From Octopus vulgaris (lineage: Eukaryota), in the NCBI GenBank assembly GCA_951406725.2, contig OX597817.1, forward strand, positions 32,488,001-32,552,000: a DNA stretch of 64,000 nucleotides, in the 5' to 3' direction. The position numbers and the translations under genes are program-made. Of this stretch, positions 52,001-61,214 are shown one piece after another (the first letter of the stretch is position 1; every line of letters starts with the position of its first letter). The notes under the pieces were generated by a model. That model was not told where the DNA came from and did no database searches. It saw only the letters and a program-made list of their open reading frames with translations.

Positions 52001-54353
52001 CTATTTAGGCATAAATTATTATGCTGAGCTGGTGCTTCTGTTACATCCACAGACATCCTAGACTTCATCCAGAAAAGACCCACTCGTCTGATTGGCATTC
52101 AATCACTAACGGACATGGTTCAGCTCCTGCCTCTGGCTCACAGGCATTCTGTCTCCTGTCTCTGTCTTTTCTATTGCTACTATAATGGCCCTTGTTCATT
52201 AGTGCTGGCTGGTCTTGTACATCTAGCCTTTGTCATCCTTGTTGCATCTAAACCCTCCTCCTTTCCAGCTTGCGCTAACCACCTTTCCCAGTTCTTTCTC
52301 CCTTGAACATTGACCCTCTGGAATCTTCGCTGCTTATATCTTTGCAGTGAATGTTGTTAACCTGCAACATTTTAGACAGAATATTATTGCCATTTAGTTC
52401 TCGGCTCTCTGAGGGCTTGCAAAAAGTCTTGGGTATTGGCCCTTCCTCCAAACACAGCAAATAAAGTTTAAAATTTAAGTTAGAAATTGTTTGTTTTTTA
52501 CATCTAAGAAATTCAATTTTCTTTTCTTTATTTTCTAGCTTGATTTCAGAAATCCTCCTGGATTTGATCGGACTCGGGGAGTAGAAATTGGAAACAAAGA
52601 TTTTGATCTTAGTCATCTTGAGGAAGCATATACTACTGAACATTGGTTGGTCAGAATTTACAAAGTAAGAGATTTGGAAAATCGCCAACGGATTAAAGTT
52701 CGGCGGCCTGTGAAGAGACCTACCAAGCGATACTCAACGAAAACTGTAAGTTTAAGCTTTTATAAGAAATCTTGTTTCTGTGTATCTCTATTTTATATAT
52801 ATAGCTGATGTCCTGCTAATAAATCCGATTTTAACTTCACAAAGCATGATATAAAGATTTTAGACATTTTTTCATAAAATAGATAATGTCAGACTTATTT
52901 CTCATTTGATATAGTTCAATTGTTATATGTGTAATCTTTATATGATTAGAAAGATAGTTTAGACAAATATCTAGTTTTCATCTTACCTTTCTCTGTCCAA
53001 GTCAACACCACTGATGCTTGGACATGTAGAACATAATGTGCTTAATTTTCCCTTCTATTACACACCTGATCTATTTACAGCTTCATAACTTTCTGAAAAC
53101 AATGAACACCATAAAAAGTTTGAATGTTTTGGTTGCCACCCATCACTAATTCTTCCCAGAAAGTTATAATGTTCTGCCTACACATCTAAAATCTTTATAT
53201 CATGCTTTGTGAAGTTAAAATCGGATTTATTAGCAGGATATTAGCTACATCAGGCAGGGTGCTTAGTGCTTTTTATATGGCAGATGCATAGGTGAGGTCA
53301 GTTTTGATAAGGTTTTTACAGCTGGATGCCCTTCCAAACACCAACCAATTTACAGTGTGGTCTGAGTGCTTTTAAGTGGCACCTGCACTGACAGGGTCAC
53401 CAAGTACTTGCCAGACAAAAACTTTTGAGAGGGGAAGAGGTGATGATGAAAGGGTTATAATGAGACAGACACAGGTGTCTTGTTGTAGAGGAAGTACAAG
53501 GTTACCTGGCGAGAGAGAGGAATATCAGGAATGAAGACAGAAACAGGTATGCTACGGCAAAGAAAATACATGGTTACCCAACCTGAGGGAAGTGTAGGAG
53601 AAGGTGAGAGAAAGTGGAAGACCACAGGATGGAGACGGTGGCAAAATGCTGGGTATACTCACAGTAAAAGAAGAGAGAGATATAGATAGTGGCAAGAGCC
53701 AGGGCATACCCTTGGGGTTCAAATGCCAGTGACAATATTACAAAGGGAGTACAAGTAAGTGGCGAAAGACCTGGGTGTATATAGTGTTGGAGAGGCTGCC
53801 GGATTTGGAGAGTGTGAGGTAATCATAGTACATGACGTGGAAATGTGAGGAAGAGAAGAGTTGTAGAGACATAGTTTGGTTCGTTGTTGTAGAGTGTGAG
53901 AATTTTTCTTGTTAAGTGTGGGTGGGACACACAGCGCTTCTAGAACTAAGTTTCACTGATGTGGGCAGGTCTTCTCAAGTACTTCATATCGCCAGACATC
54001 TCGGTTCATAGCCATTTCCTCTGTGAGGTCCAACTTCCCGAGTTCAGTCCTTACCACTTCATCCCATGTCTTCCAAGGTCTCCCTTTTCTACAGGTACCA
54101 TCCACTTTCAGTGATCGGCACTTATTTATGCAGCTGTCTTCATTCATACGCATCACATGTCCAAACCAACATAATCTTCTCTCTTGCATGCTACATTTGA
54201 TTCCTCTTTCATATATTTATATATATATCAGCCGAAATTGCGAGGATGATCCGGTTCTTGACTGAAGATTAGAGGCTTCGAATGACCCGTCCGATTTTTG
54301 TGTCGTCTCTTTGAGTGTTTTGCGTTCTTGTCCCATTTTGTATTTTTATATAT

Positions 54354-54395
<42 letters not shown>

Positions 54396-55891
54396 CATAC
54401 ATACAGGGTGCAGTGAGTAAATTATCATCTAAATTACACAAAAATGAAAATAACACCGACATCTCATTTTAACAGATATACATACCTAAATTACATAAAA
54501 ATATTTTGAAATACTAAAGAGTAAATTCAGTAAATAAAATCGCCATTGGCTTCAACCACAGCTTCCAGATGACTTCGGAATCTTCTACAACTCTTCTGGA
54601 TAGTTTCTTTGTTTAAGTTGGTGAATGCTTTCAGTTCATCTTTGGTGTTACAAGGAGATTACAGTCTGGGGAGTTAAGTGGCCAGATGTTAGGGGTGATG
54701 TGGTTGCAGAAATTGTCCGACAACCATGACTGGGTTTTCTTGCTAGTGTGGCATGGTGCAGAGTCCTGTTGCAAGACATAGGGTCATCCAGCAGCCACCC
54801 TCTCAACCCAGGGCAGCACTACCTCCTCCAGGCACTTGATATAGGCCTCCATGTTGAATCTGAGGCCATGTGGGAAGATGAATGGAGGCATAACATCGCC
54901 ATCACTAGTGATCACTCTAAACACCATGATGTTGACTGGATGTTTGATTTTTATTACTCTCAGTACATGTTTTGGGGACATGACAAACCAACAGTTGTTC
55001 TGTGTAATCACCATCTGATCCTGGCAGATATTTTCCTTGTCTGAGAAAAACCAGATAATGGAGGGGATGCTTGAGTTCAAAAGCTTCGTTGTGCGGTCTT
55101 ACCTCTTGTCCTTGATGGCTTGGGATAAAAATTGACCTTCTCATCTTGTATGAGGAATACCACATGTCTTCATGCACTACCTACCTTATAAGAAACTCAG
55201 ACACTCCCATGGACCTGATTAACTTGGAGGGATCATTGTCAATCATGGCCTGGATCTCACCAATAAATTCAGGAGTTCTTTTCTTGTCAGAATGATCAGA
55301 GTGAGTTTTCTGAGCTGCTGTACCTTTGTAATCACCATTAGACTCATCCAGCTCTTTCTGAATCCTCTGCACCGTCCTCAGATTGACATCCAAACAGTCT
55401 GAAATGTTTGTATTGGAGCTTCTGGTACAAATGCCGAGCAGTACAGCATGTCATTTCCAAATTTCTGGCTGAGTGAATTGTATCATGGTGCTGTTTTTCT
55501 CACAGATGGTGCCCAACTGACCCTACCATACTGTGTAGTCAACAAAATCAAAAACAAAATGTGTGAAATTAAAAATATTAAATGGTGACAATTTACCCAC
55601 CGCACCCCGTATGTGTGTATGTATATATATATATATATATATATATGATGATTAATATATATATATGATGATGATATATATATATATATATATATATATA
55701 TCATCATCATCATCGTCGTTTAACGTCCGTTCTCCATGCTAGCATGGGTTGGACGGTTCGACCGGGGTTCTGGGAAGCCAGAAGGCTGCACCAGGCTCCA
55801 GTCTAATCTGGCAATGTTTCTACAGCTGGATGCCCTTCCTAACGCCAACCACTCCGTGAGTGTAGTATATATATATATATATATATATAGG

Positions 55892-55926
<35 letters not shown>

Positions 55927-57080
55927 TGCAGGCGTGGCTGTGTAGTAAAAAGCTTACTTTCCAACCACATGGTTCCAGGTTCAGTCCCACTGCATGGCAC
56001 CTTGGGCTGACCAAAGCCTGATGAATGGATTTAGCTGACAGAAACTGAAAGCCTATCGTGTATGTGTGTGTGTCTATGTTTGCCCCCTATCACTGCTTAA
56101 CAGCCAGCGTTGGTGTGTATATATCCCTGTAACTTAGCAGTTCAGCAAAAGACACTGATAGAATAAGTACTAGGCTTAAGAAATAAGTCCTAGGGTCAAG
56201 ACAGTGCTCCAGCATAGCCACAGTCAAATGACTGAAACGTAAAAGAATATTGGCACCTGTGCCGGTGGCATGTGTAAAAAGTTTCAAGCGAGGTCATTGC
56301 CAGTACCGCCTGATTGGCCCCCGTGCCGGTGGCACATGAAAAGCACCCACTACACTTTTGTTGTGGTTGGCGTTAGGAACGGCATCCAGCTGTAGAAACT
56401 CTGCCAGATCAAGATTGGAGCCTGGTGCAGCCATCTGGTTCGCCAGCCCTCAGTCAAAATCGTCCAACCCATGCTAGCATGGAAAGCAGACATTAAACAA
56501 TGGTGATGATTATATATATATATACATGTTTTGGGGACATGACAAACCAACAGTTGTTCTGTGTAATCACCATCTGATCCTGGCAGAAATTTTCCTTGTC
56601 TGAGAAAAACCCAACAATGGAGGGGATGCTTGAATTCAAAAGCTTCATTGTGCAGTCTTACCTCTTGTCCTTGGTGGCTTGGGATAAAAATTGACCTTCT
56701 CATCTTGTATGAGGAATACCAAATGTCCTCATGCACTACCTGTCTGATAAGAAACTCAGACACTCCCATGTCCCTAGCGATGGACCTGATTGTCAATTAT
56801 AGCCTGAATCTCACCATTTATTTATTAAACTTACTCAGTAACTTAGAGCAAGCCTCTCATGATTGAATTCTAAGGGTCTGTAGATAGGGTCTGTAGATAG
56901 GGTCTATTGCCCAGTTTATAATGTAACTGCTTAATTTTTTCTGTTGTAAACTTTTGTTTCTTGTCATGATTATAATACTGATGATTACCATTGCTTTTGC
57001 AGGCAAGAAGAAAACAAGGCCGAATCAAGGACAAACCTAGAATTAAGAAAGGAATCAAAAAAGCAAGGAAATTAAAATAA
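11948..57080 (+). CDS. STT3B: STT3B oligosaccharyltransferase catalytic subunit, 16 coding exons in window (5'-partial; 713 aa + stop)
   Basis: Manually spliced exons: 11948-12056, 14678-14787, 19403-19491, 22145-22233, 27106-27171, 28490-28589, 31182-31280, 33078-33224, 40583-40786, 43443-43639, 45612-45799, 46587-46758, 47245-47418, 50829-50942, 52539-52745, 57003-57080. All introns are GT-AG and the frame stays open. Catalytic motifs SYDNE, SVSE, WWDYG and DDINKFLWM are present. STT3B rather than STT3A is indicated by [59 protein letters not shown] and [17 protein letters not shown]. Confidence 0.96.
12796..13016. mobile_element. piggyBac-type MITE family A
   Basis: TTAA TSD; TIR ccctttcgttac/gtaacgaaaggg. 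Confidence 0.88.
13840..14136 (+). mobile_element. RTE 3'UTR-only insertion with tandem ggcacgtaaaaagcacc modules
   Basis: Matches the RTE 3' end and ends in (GAT)n. Further copies (+): about 24560-24975, 34880-35293, 56250-56510, 59832-60199, 62902-63043. Further copies (-): about 17640-17795, 39711-40057, 42294-42520, 45170-45400, 50194-50372, 55702-55866. Confidence 0.85.
14140..14600 (-). mobile_element. Possible ancient LINE APE-endonuclease remnant
   Basis: ORF 14382..14636(-) VTETILS...PG...FQLLWL and downstream RPP; heavily degraded. Confidence 0.4.
14678..14787 (+). CDS. STT3B: STT3B exon [36 protein letters not shown](S)
   Basis: tttag acceptor, gtatta donor; conserved peptide; phase matches neighbours. 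Confidence 0.95.
15461..15720 (+). mobile_element. tRNA-derived SINE family 3 (gttcttgagcaaaacacttcatt core) with 15-bp TSD
   Basis: A-box tggcttagtgg, B-box-like ggttttgattcc; TSD taatatttgaaattg at 15446-15460 and 15721-15735; relatives at about 17373-17620 and 38432-38780. Confidence 0.8.
16676..17103 (-). mobile_element. CORE-type tRNA SINE family 2 (Octopus OR2-like) with internal (TA)n(TG)n
   Basis: Head ggcgtaggagtggctgtgtggtaag, CORE-like cttgggcaagtgtc, tail actgaaacaagtaaaagag. Other copies (-): 17955-18345, 30540-30980. Other copies (+): 27254-27641, 49487-49892, 55924-56246. Confidence 0.85.
17142..17359. mobile_element. piggyBac-type MITE family A
   Basis: TTAA TSD; TIRs; same internal sequence as the other copies. 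Confidence 0.88.
18885..19232 (-). mobile_element. 5'-truncated CR1-clade LINE
   Basis: ORF 18952..19209(-) [34 protein letters not shown]; (TTA)n tail. Confidence 0.85.
19403..19491 (+). CDS. STT3B: STT3B exon [29 protein letters not shown]
   Basis: ctttag acceptor, gtaagt donor; conserved peptide. Confidence 0.95.
19618..20201. repeat. Compound (TA)n(TG)n(TATG)n minisatellite with a higher-order unit of about 30 bp
   Basis: Directly visible periodic array; source of the spurious 130-217 aa ORFs. Confidence 0.95.
20465..20684. mobile_element. piggyBac-type MITE family A
   Basis: TTAA TSD; TIRs; same internal sequence as the other copies. Confidence 0.88.
22145..22233 (+). CDS. STT3B: STT3B exon (V)[29 protein letters not shown]
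   Basis: tatag acceptor, gtaagt donor; metal-binding DNE motif. Confidence 0.96.
24347..24522. mobile_element. piggyBac-type MITE family B (deleted copy)
   Basis: ttaaccctgtagc...gctaaaggg ends; body matches family B. Confidence 0.75.
27106..27171 (+). CDS. STT3B: STT3B exon [22 protein letters not shown]
   Basis: ttgcag acceptor, gtaagt donor; 66 nt, phase 0-0. Confidence 0.94.
27197..28154 (-). mobile_element. Non-autonomous Tc1/mariner-like element with long TIRs and a DUF4817-like HTH remnant; SINE nested in the left TIR
   Basis: TA flanks; TIR of about 110 bp (gagggttattcaaaaagaaagagcagat.../...atctgctctttctttttgaataaccctg). ORF 27718..27921(-) [14 protein letters not shown]...[17 protein letters not shown] resembles the N-terminal DUF4817 helix-turn-helix of mariner-like transposases. 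Confidence 0.8.
27254..27641 (+). mobile_element. CORE-type SINE family 2 nested in a mariner TIR
   Basis: Full-length copy; the interrupted TIR resumes at about 27643. Confidence 0.85.
28490..28589 (+). CDS. STT3B: STT3B exon [33 protein letters not shown]
   Basis: ttgcag acceptor, gtaagt donor; WGGY motif. Confidence 0.96.
28779..29140 (+). mobile_element. 5'-truncated RTE-type LINE with 12-bp TSD
   Basis: [15 protein letters not shown]...[12 protein letters not shown]; TSD atacaacagatg at 28767-28778 and 29141-29152. Confidence 0.85.
30540..30980 (-). mobile_element. CORE-type SINE family 2
   Basis: Reverse complement of 27254-27641. Confidence 0.85.
31182..31280 (+). CDS. STT3B: STT3B exon (A)[32 protein letters not shown]
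   Basis: ttttag acceptor, gtatga donor; overlaps ORF 31208..31423. Confidence 0.95.
32259..32791. mobile_element. Palindromic tRNA-headed, hammerhead-bearing retroelement (Penelope-like architecture) with 10-bp TSD
   Basis: Inverted arms 32349-32551 and 32566-32791; TSD actgatatta at 32249-32258 and 32792-32801; B-box gagttcgattcc at 32581; hammerhead core at 32698-32730. Confidence 0.75.
32693..32735 (+). ncRNA. Minimal type I hammerhead-like motif (probably inactive in this copy)
   Basis: GACAC-CTGAAGA-A-GGCTG(loop)CAGCC-GAAAC-GTGTT; no NUH triplet between GAAAC and stem I. The mirror copy on the minus strand at 32406-32448 has G12A. Confidence 0.6.
33078..33224 (+). CDS. STT3B: STT3B exon (G)[48 protein letters not shown]
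   Basis: tttcag acceptor, gtaagt donor; transmembrane segments; within ORF 33035..33358. Confidence 0.94.
33547..33779 (+). mobile_element. SINE family 1 copy with about 20-bp TSD
   Basis: attcagttacaggtttcaa repeated on both sides. Confidence 0.88.
35440..36300 (+). pseudogene. Disrupted ORF with FEN1/XPG-like SPDTDV and H3TH-like ([10 protein letters not shown]) motifs and a C-terminal CXC cysteine cluster; probable DNA-transposon remnant
   Basis: ORFs 35452..35766 and 35807..36124 plus downstream CSCKKNSC...[21 protein letters not shown]; contains stops and frameshifts, no introns. Confidence 0.7.
37094..37553 (+). mobile_element. Young 5'-truncated CR1-clade LINE (RT C-terminus + 3'UTR + (CTAA)n tail)
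   Basis: Uninterrupted [14 protein letters not shown]...LRGHSEKL...[13 protein letters not shown]; CpGs intact; aactaactaactaa tail. Confidence 0.9.
40583..40786 (+). CDS. STT3B: STT3B exon (G)[36 protein letters not shown]...NDERVF
   Basis: Long pyrimidine tract + cag acceptor, gtaagt donor; EL5 SVSE motif. Confidence 0.97.
41196..41400. repeat. Inverted repeat / MITE-like element (arms about 75 bp)
   Basis: gagaataatacatctacacag (41217) pairs with ctgtgtagatgtattattctc (41359-41379); flanking arm sequence is also complementary. Confidence 0.8.
43443..43639 (+). CDS. STT3B: STT3B exon (V)[23 protein letters not shown]...NDRLYDK
   Basis: ctccag acceptor, gtaacg donor; [11 protein letters not shown] motif. 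Confidence 0.95.
43749..44027. repeat. AT-rich foldback inverted repeat (arms about 130 bp) between (TA)n tracts
   Basis: accttttatcaattcaataatg... at 43749 pairs with ...cattattgaattgataaaaggt ending at 44027; spacer about 20 nt. Confidence 0.9.
45612..45799 (+). CDS. STT3B: STT3B exon VGKAKKIK...[23 protein letters not shown](G)
   Basis: tttaag acceptor (AAG), gtaagc donor; AYSSPS motif; phase consistent. Confidence 0.9.
46587..46758 (+). CDS. STT3B: STT3B exon [19 protein letters not shown]...[32 protein letters not shown]
   Basis: caccag acceptor, gtaagg donor; WWDYG catalytic motif. Confidence 0.98.
47245..47418 (+). CDS. STT3B: STT3B exon VGKAMSSNE...[24 protein letters not shown]
   Basis: ttcag acceptor, gtaagt donor; DK motif. 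Confidence 0.97.
47549..47599 (+). ncRNA. Type I hammerhead-like motif with G3-C8 swapped core (G12A in this copy)
   Basis: TTTGTCA-GTGAACA-G-GTCAC(loop)GCGAC-AAAA-ATATT-T-TGACAAA. Confidence 0.55.
47696..49460 (-). mobile_element. RTE-clade LINE, longer degenerate copy of the same family
   Basis: Collinear with 2646-3935; (CAT)n end at 47696; RT remnant extends upstream. Confidence 0.85.
49487..49892 (+). mobile_element. CORE-type SINE family 2
   Basis: Full-length copy. Confidence 0.85.
50829..50942 (+). CDS. STT3B: STT3B exon [38 protein letters not shown]
   Basis: ttttag acceptor, gtatgg donor; conserved peptide. Confidence 0.96.
52539..52745 (+). CDS. STT3B: STT3B exon [21 protein letters not shown]...[17 protein letters not shown]...YSTKT
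   Basis: ttctag acceptor, gtaagt donor; [17 protein letters not shown] motif. Confidence 0.96.
52802..53247. repeat. 63-bp inverted repeat with 320-nt spacer
   Basis: 52802-52864 is the reverse complement of 53185-53247 with 2 differences. Confidence 0.9.
53255..54200 (-). mobile_element. RTE-clade LINE fragment with a purine/pyrimidine-biased 3'UTR
   Basis: ORF 53953..54189(-) [12 protein letters not shown]...[11 protein letters not shown]. Confidence 0.8.
54404..55609 (-). mobile_element. Degenerate full-length Tc1/mariner element (maT/DD37D-like) transposase pseudogene
   Basis: TA flanks; TIR cagggtgcagtgagtaaatt/aatttacccaccgcaccccg; frameshifted ORFs with [13 protein letters not shown] and IWPLNSPDC motifs. 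Confidence 0.85.
56523..56815 (-). mobile_element. Internal fragment of the same mariner transposase
   Basis: Closely similar to about 54963-55263. Confidence 0.85.
57003..57080 (+). CDS. STT3B: STT3B terminal coding exon [25 protein letters not shown]
   Basis: ttttgcag acceptor, in phase, TAA at 57078-57080; basic C-terminal tail as in STT3B. Confidence 0.85.
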   Translation, partial: ARRKQGRIKDKPRIKKGIKKARKLK

Positions 57081-57935
57081 AAGCTGTAGCTTAAAAGTAG
57101 TACAAATTTGGCCATTTGTAACAATACCATCCAGTTACTGGTAATATTCCAAGTCAAGGACAGACTTTTTAGGCATTGCTGAAACAGTGACTTTCAGCTT
57201 TTTCTCCCACAAAAACCATCGTTTTTATTTCCTTCTCAGTTCTTTCCCTTACACATGAACACACTCACACACACACACACACACACATCCACACCTACAT
57301 CCACACACACACCTTTATCAAGAGTTGAGTTGAGTCGGGAGTGGTTATCGGGAAAGTTTGCAATCTTGCAACTCTACACTTGGAATTAATCAATCGTTTC
57401 AAACTCAAATGCGTGAACAGGGAATGATAGTGTGAATGTGAGTAAAGCTCATTTATATGTACGCGTGTCTATAAGTAGTATTATTGCACGTGTATATTCT
57501 CTGCGTATGTATGCTTGTGTGTGTGTGTGTGTGTGTATAATGCTCTTGTATATTTTACATATATCTATTATGCACACTTGGGGGAGTATGTGTGTATGTC
57601 TGTGTGTGTTTGTATCTAGATGTTTTTTGTTATTCAATGGAAAAGAATACATCAGCAGCAATCACATTCTACCATTCTTCTTTTGCTAAATAACTGTCTG
57701 TTCCTTACAATGTTTCTTTTTCTTATTTTGATAAGAAAAATAATAAAAGGGGCTAAAAAAATACAAAGATGTAAACTTTTTGTTGTTATTAATACTAAGT
57801 GGTGGCTGAAATTTCAAGAATGAGGGTCACTTGTTCTGGAAGTTTCTTACCCTTTGATTTTTTTTTGTTTGTTTGTTTCATTTTTTTTTTTATGTTTTCA
57901 TTTATATTTTTGTTTCTTCAAATGTTATTTGTATG

Positions 57936-57941
57936 AATAAA
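57936..57941 (+). promoter_or_regulatory. Probable STT3B polyadenylation signal (3'UTR about 57081-57960)
   Basis: AATAAA preceded by a U-rich tract and followed about 30 nt later by U/GU-rich ttatttttctttttgtgtgtc. Confidence 0.65.
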
Positions 57942-58872
57942 CAAATCATAGAAATATTTTATCTACTGCACTTATTTTTCTTTTTGTGTGTCTATATTAT
58001 TTAGTAATTTCTGTTGACAAAATTATATTCGGGTAGTAAAGAGTGGAAAATGGTAGCACACTGGGCTAAATGCCTTGCAGTGATGTGGCTTCGTCCTTCT
58101 AAACTTTTGAGTTGAAATCCTGCTGGAGTTCACTTTGCTTTTCATTGTCTTGTTCTTGTTAAGGGCCTGAACAACCCTGATCAAACAGATCTACAATCAA
58201 AGGCATTCCAGCTACGATCATCCCATCTCAGTGATACTACATTATCTAATTTGTCTTGTCCTTGCATAACACAGTGTGGTACAATCTGGGGGAGATTTGA
58301 CTGCTATTCTTAGTAGATCGAGCTACGTAGAAGTTCCCTTGTTGGCTCATACAGCCATGTAGAAGTTCCCTTACTGACTTTTCAATCTGCTTTCCATCAT
58401 CTGGTTGACAGAATAAGTGGCAAGCCTGTTCTGTGATTGATTTCTAACCTGATGCCAAAGTAAAAACATTATTGAACTATATTATGTTGTTGTTGTTGTT
58501 TTTTTAACATCCACTTTTCCATGCTAGCATTGGATCAGACGGAGCTTTGAGGTAGACTTTGTACAGTCAGATGCTATATTGTCAGACTTCACTTATGTTT
58601 TTTCATTTAATTTATATTATTAGTGTCCTTGCTTTTTGTTTGAATTTTTAATATAATTTTTAGGCAGCCTACAAATAAATAATACATTTACCTAACAATT
58701 AGATTAAATGTTTTACTTTGCAATCTCATTGTTCTAAGTGCTATTCCACTGTGCAAACTTTAGGTAAGTGTCTTCTACACTATCCTTAGATCAAGTGAAA
58801 ACTGGTAGACAGAAATTCTACAGAAGCTTATTGGATGTACTGTGTATATTCTTGGTGGTATACTTAATCTGT

Positions 58873-59103
58873 CAGCGAGCTGGCAGAATCGTTAGCACGC
58901 CGGGCAAAATGCTCAGCGGTATTTTGTCTGCTGTTACGTTCTGAGTTCAAATTCCACCGAGGTCGACTTTGCCTTTCGTCCTTTCGGGGTCGATAAATTA
59001 AGTACCAGTTACGCACTGGGGTCGATGTAATCGACTTAATCCATTTGTCTGTCCTTGTTTGTCCCTTCTGTGTTTAGCCCTTTGTGGGTAGTAAAGAAAT
59101 AGG
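58873..59103 (+). mobile_element. SINE family 1 copy with 18-bp TSD
   Basis: ggtatacttaatctgtca repeated on both sides. Confidence 0.88.
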
Positions 59104-59831
59104 TATACTTAATCTGTCATCCAATTTAATATTTTCACCTTTCATGCTTATAGTAAAATCCTCTTTGTTGTAAGCATTCAAAGATCCCAGTTTGGAGATA
59201 ATTTATTGTTGTGGTAAGTTGCTTCCTGCTTTTGCATGAGTCATGGTTTTTATCTCCCTTCCCTTCACCAGTTTCAGAGATCTGGCTCTAACGAAGCCTT
59301 AAAAAGCAGCTCTGCTAACTTAAGCTAAAGCAAACTTATGTGTTGTTTTTGTAATTTGAGCAAAATAATTTGTTGTCAGGCATGTGGTATCTCTCATAAC
59401 ATTAGAGAGCAGATATAGTTTTACGAAAGTTACACACCTCAAAACTCAAGGTAGGCCTGCAACGGAGTACTACCCCCTCATCTGTGATAGTGCTGCTGCT
59501 ATTCACACACTTAACCTGGACCACATCCAGAGAAAAAGCCACTCAACTGATTGGCATTAAATCACTAACAGACACATCACACACTCCAGCCTATGTCCAC
59601 AAGTGTGCTGTCTCCTTTCTCTGTTTTCTTTGCTGCTATAATGACTTTTGTTCTTTAGAGCTAGGCTGGTATTACACTCCTGATCCATTCATCTCACCAC
59701 CTTATGTCATTGTTTTGCATCCAGCCCTCCAGTGATCTGTTTGGCAAGACAATTAATATACCAATGATCTATTACTCTTGATGAAATCAAAATCGTAATC
59801 TATCAACATCAATGGAATTTGTAGCTGTGAT

Positions 59832-60199
59832 ACCGGTGGCACGTAAGAGAACCATCCGAATGTGGCCGTAGCCAGCGCCGCCCGACTGGCCTCCGTGCCA
59901 GTGGCACGTAAAAAGCACCATCCGACCGTGGCCGTTGCCAGCTTTGTCTGGTCCCCGTGCCGGTGGCACGTGAAAAGCACCATCCGATCGTGGCCGTTTG
60001 CCAGCCTCGTCTGGCACCTATACCGATGGCACGTAAAAAGCACCCACTACACTCACGGAGTGGTTGGCATTAGGAAGGGCATCCAGCTGTAGAAACACTG
60101 CCAGATCAGACTGGGCCTGGTGCAGCCCTCTGGCTTCCCAGACCCCAGTTGAACCGTCCAACCCATGCCAGCATGGAAAGCGGACGTTAAATGATGATG
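59832..60199 (+). mobile_element. RTE 3'UTR insertion (young, CpG-rich)
   Basis: Four tandem ggcacgtaa modules + conserved 3' end + (GAT)n. Confidence 0.85.
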
Positions 60200-60527
60200 T
60201 ATTTATCCGTGATGAATTTAACAGTCGTGGTCATGTGTTTTACCCTACAATCAACTGTCTTAGCTGACTTGGTTACAACACCCAAAGTACCTTGGTTCTG
60301 GGATGACTTAACCATCAAGAAGGATATTCTAATGATTAAACAGTCTAGTGAAATTTGATGCAGTTTGCTCTGAAAAGATTCCACAATGTGTGTGTGTAAT
60401 GCTTGATTTATAAGTGCATAACAGAGTTTAAATACTAAGAAATAGGAAATGATTTTATTGTGAGGCAGGCATTATTATATCTCTATCCCTACGTTAATTT
60501 GTATCTGCACATGTCCCACACTGCTTC

Positions 60528-60889
60528 ATCATCATCATCATCATCGTTTAATGTCCGTTTTCCATACTAGCATGGGTTGGACGGTTCAACTGGGGTCTGG
60601 GAAGCCAGAAGGCTGCGCCAGGCCCAGTCTGATCTGTCACTGATTCTACAGCTGGATGCCCTTCCTAACGCCAACCACTCCGAGAGTGTAGTGGGTGCAT
60701 TTTATGTGCCACCTGCACAGGTGCCAGATGATGCTGGCTAACGGCCACGATCGGATAGTGCTTTTTACGTGCCACCGGCACGGGGGCCAGACGAGGCTGG
60801 CAACAGCCACCACGTAAGAGAACCATCCGAACATGGCCATTGCCAGCGCCGTCCCGACTGGCCTCCATGCCGGAGGCACGTAAAAAAAG
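60528..60889 (-). mobile_element. RTE 3'UTR insertion with 5' inversion and 9-bp TSD
   Basis: TSD cactgcttc at 60519-60527 and 60890-60898; orientation switches at about 60810/60811. Confidence 0.8.
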
Positions 60890-61214
60890 CACTGCTTCTG
60901 TAACACAAATCCTACAAACTTTTAAGAAAGTCTTACATTTTGTAACTGTTTCTAAATTAGGCAAAAGACCAGTTATTTTGAAAGGAGGAAACTTCTAAAT
61001 AACCAACTTCAGTATGTGATGGGTATTTTATTTTATTGACCCAGGAGGAATGAAAGGTAAGATTGACTTGGTAAGATTTGAACTCGGAACATAAAGAGCC
61101 ACAACAAATGCTGCATGGCATTTTATCTGACTAAGAATTCAGCCAATCCACCATCATTAATTGCATTTAATAACAAGAGTTAATAATTATAGTTGATACT
61201 GAATTATGTCTATT

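Noticed and set aside
54228-54345. Hammerhead at ctgaaga (about 54262) in a GC-richer insert between (TA)n tracts
   Set aside because: No stem II/GAAA in correct register and no stem I pairing; probably a repeat fragment of unknown class
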